This document shows positions 62,356-64,000 of a stretch of 64,000 bases of DNA, piece by piece (the stretch's first letter is position 1; every line of letters begins with the position of its first letter). The DNA comes from Octopus sinensis (Eukaryota). Location of the stretch: assembly GCF_006345805.1 (NCBI RefSeq), contig NC_043012.1, positions 54,188,001 through 54,252,000 of the forward strand, in the 5' to 3' direction. A program made the position numbers and the translations under genes. The notes below the pieces were generated by a model that searched no databases, was not told the DNA's origin, and worked only from the letters and a program-made list of their open reading frames with translations.

Positions 62356-63659
62356 TGCTATTTATATTTTTATGTACTTCGAGATATTCCGAGGAGGAGG
62401 GGCGGAGGAGGAGGAGGAAATTACACCGGTCATATTTCTAAAACTAGCTAAGCTGAAACGAATAAAATTTTCTCATCCTCAGTGACATCGGAACCAAAAG
62501 ACATCAATGAGGTAGGATTCCCGAGGATCTGACGCGATGACGTCTCCTTTTCCTGCACAGAAAAGCCAGAGGCTACGTGCATCAACAGTTGCATTTTTCA
62601 TTGAGTCGTGATGGTAAGAAGTGAAGAATGGCGTCGGTAAAAAAAGAGAGAGAGAGAGAGAGCAGGAACATAGAAAAAAGAGTGAATTGAGCATAAGATA
62701 AGGAAGAGATTAGAAGTCTCTCAACAAGAGGCACGCACTTTCACGAAGTGTCTGGACTTTCTGGCACTCGAAAAAGAAACCTTAGCCTGCTTGATCTGAT
62801 ACTTAGCTTAAAAAAAGACAAAACCAATACTGTACTATATATATTGTACTATATATATTATATAGACTATATATATTATACATACTATATATACTGTAAC
62901 TGAAGAGATGATGTTGAGTCGAGTACCAGGCTCCACTCCTGGATAGTTTCAGGAGATCACGTCAGCGAGCTATCGACAGTTGATGGATCCGATCCAGAAA
63001 GTGTAGGATGCTTTATCGTTTAGTCAAGATCCATGGGCAATTTCGAAGAACCTAGTTTGAAGAAGATTTCGAAATAAAAAATAGTCAGAGCTCGAATGTA
63101 CCCTAGTCCTTCCATGGTAACAGTTCCTCGCTTTTATAAGTGTGGGCTGTCATTATTTGTGTCTCTTTTGTGTAACATCATGCTTTTGCTGCAAACGCCG
63201 TTTGTTATGTGTGTGCGCGTATATTAATATTTCCGTCTATGTGTTATGTACGTACGTTCTGCTTTGTTTTTAATTATTTAAATTCTTCCACTGAGGAAGA
63301 AGCTGGTTTCTAACAAAGATGTAAAGTTCCATCAACAGAAGTGATAGCAAAGCGTATTATAAAGTATGTTATGCGTCTGACAACTCGGATCAGTCACACC
63401 ACCCGTATCAAACGAATTGTGGTGAAATTCTTAGACAGAAAAGCACTTTCATGCAAAAATTAAATGGATGGGGAGATATAAGAGAAAAAGAAATATTGGA
63501 GTGGAATCAAGTTAGAAATTGGACAAATATTTTTCAATTATTTTTAATTGATAGATATTACGAAGTGTCATAAGGGTCGAAAGTTTCGTGCTTATTAAAT
63601 TTTGGCAGATGCTATGCACGAAACACTCTTGATGAAACAAGCAAGATACATAGAACTAT

Positions 63660-63666
63660 ATATATA

Positions 63667-63697
<31 letters not shown>

Positions 63698-63812
63698 GAT
63701 ATATATATATATATAATTATATATATATATGTGTGTGTGTGTTTGTATATATATATATGTAATATATATATATATATACATATATATATACATATATATA
63801 CATATTATATAC

Positions 63813-63843
<31 letters not shown>

Positions 63844-63869
63844 ATATATATCTATATATATATGTATAT

Positions 63870-63901
<32 letters not shown>

Positions 63902-63933
63902 TAGTATATATATATATATATATATGTATATTA

Positions 63934-63966
<33 letters not shown>

Positions 63967-64000
63967 TATATAACATATATATATATATATATATATATAT
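63660..64000. repeat. Degenerate (TA)n microsatellite running to the window end
   Basis: Directly visible. Confidence 0.97.

Noticed and set aside
1770-64000. Dozens of long ORFs rich in YI, HT, CV, poly-D, poly-V and poly-S
   Set aside because: They are translations of stop-free microsatellites, not genes.

Overview
AT-rich, microsatellite-saturated animal genomic DNA. It is most likely intronic/intergenic octopus (coleoid cephalopod) sequence; this is an inference from the tRNA-derived SINE families and the extreme (TA)n/(CA)n/(CATA)n/(GATA)n/triplet density. No host protein-coding gene could be identified, and nearly all long ORFs in the track are microsatellite artefacts. Recognisable content is transposon-derived: a Penelope-like GIY-YIG fragment, several RTE fragments, a CR1-type 3' end, a rearranged R4/Dong-type element, a decayed Ty3/Gypsy element, a near-complete DD34D mariner, an internally deleted mariner, mariner-derived MITEs, a Helitron helicase remnant with its 3' terminus, two non-autonomous Helitrons and dozens of SINEs. 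The most notable signal is a set of short elements lying in or next to (TA)n tracts that each carry a minimal hammerhead-ribozyme fold with a non-canonical core: G3:C8 at 44.7 kb, C4 at 14.4 kb and U3:A8 at 51.3 kb. Also notable are modular SINEs with swapped 3' tails, 60-bp and 92-bp target-site duplications, a shared 3' flank suggesting transduction, two inverted duplications and a few candidate splice-bounded exons. All alignments and folds were done by eye.
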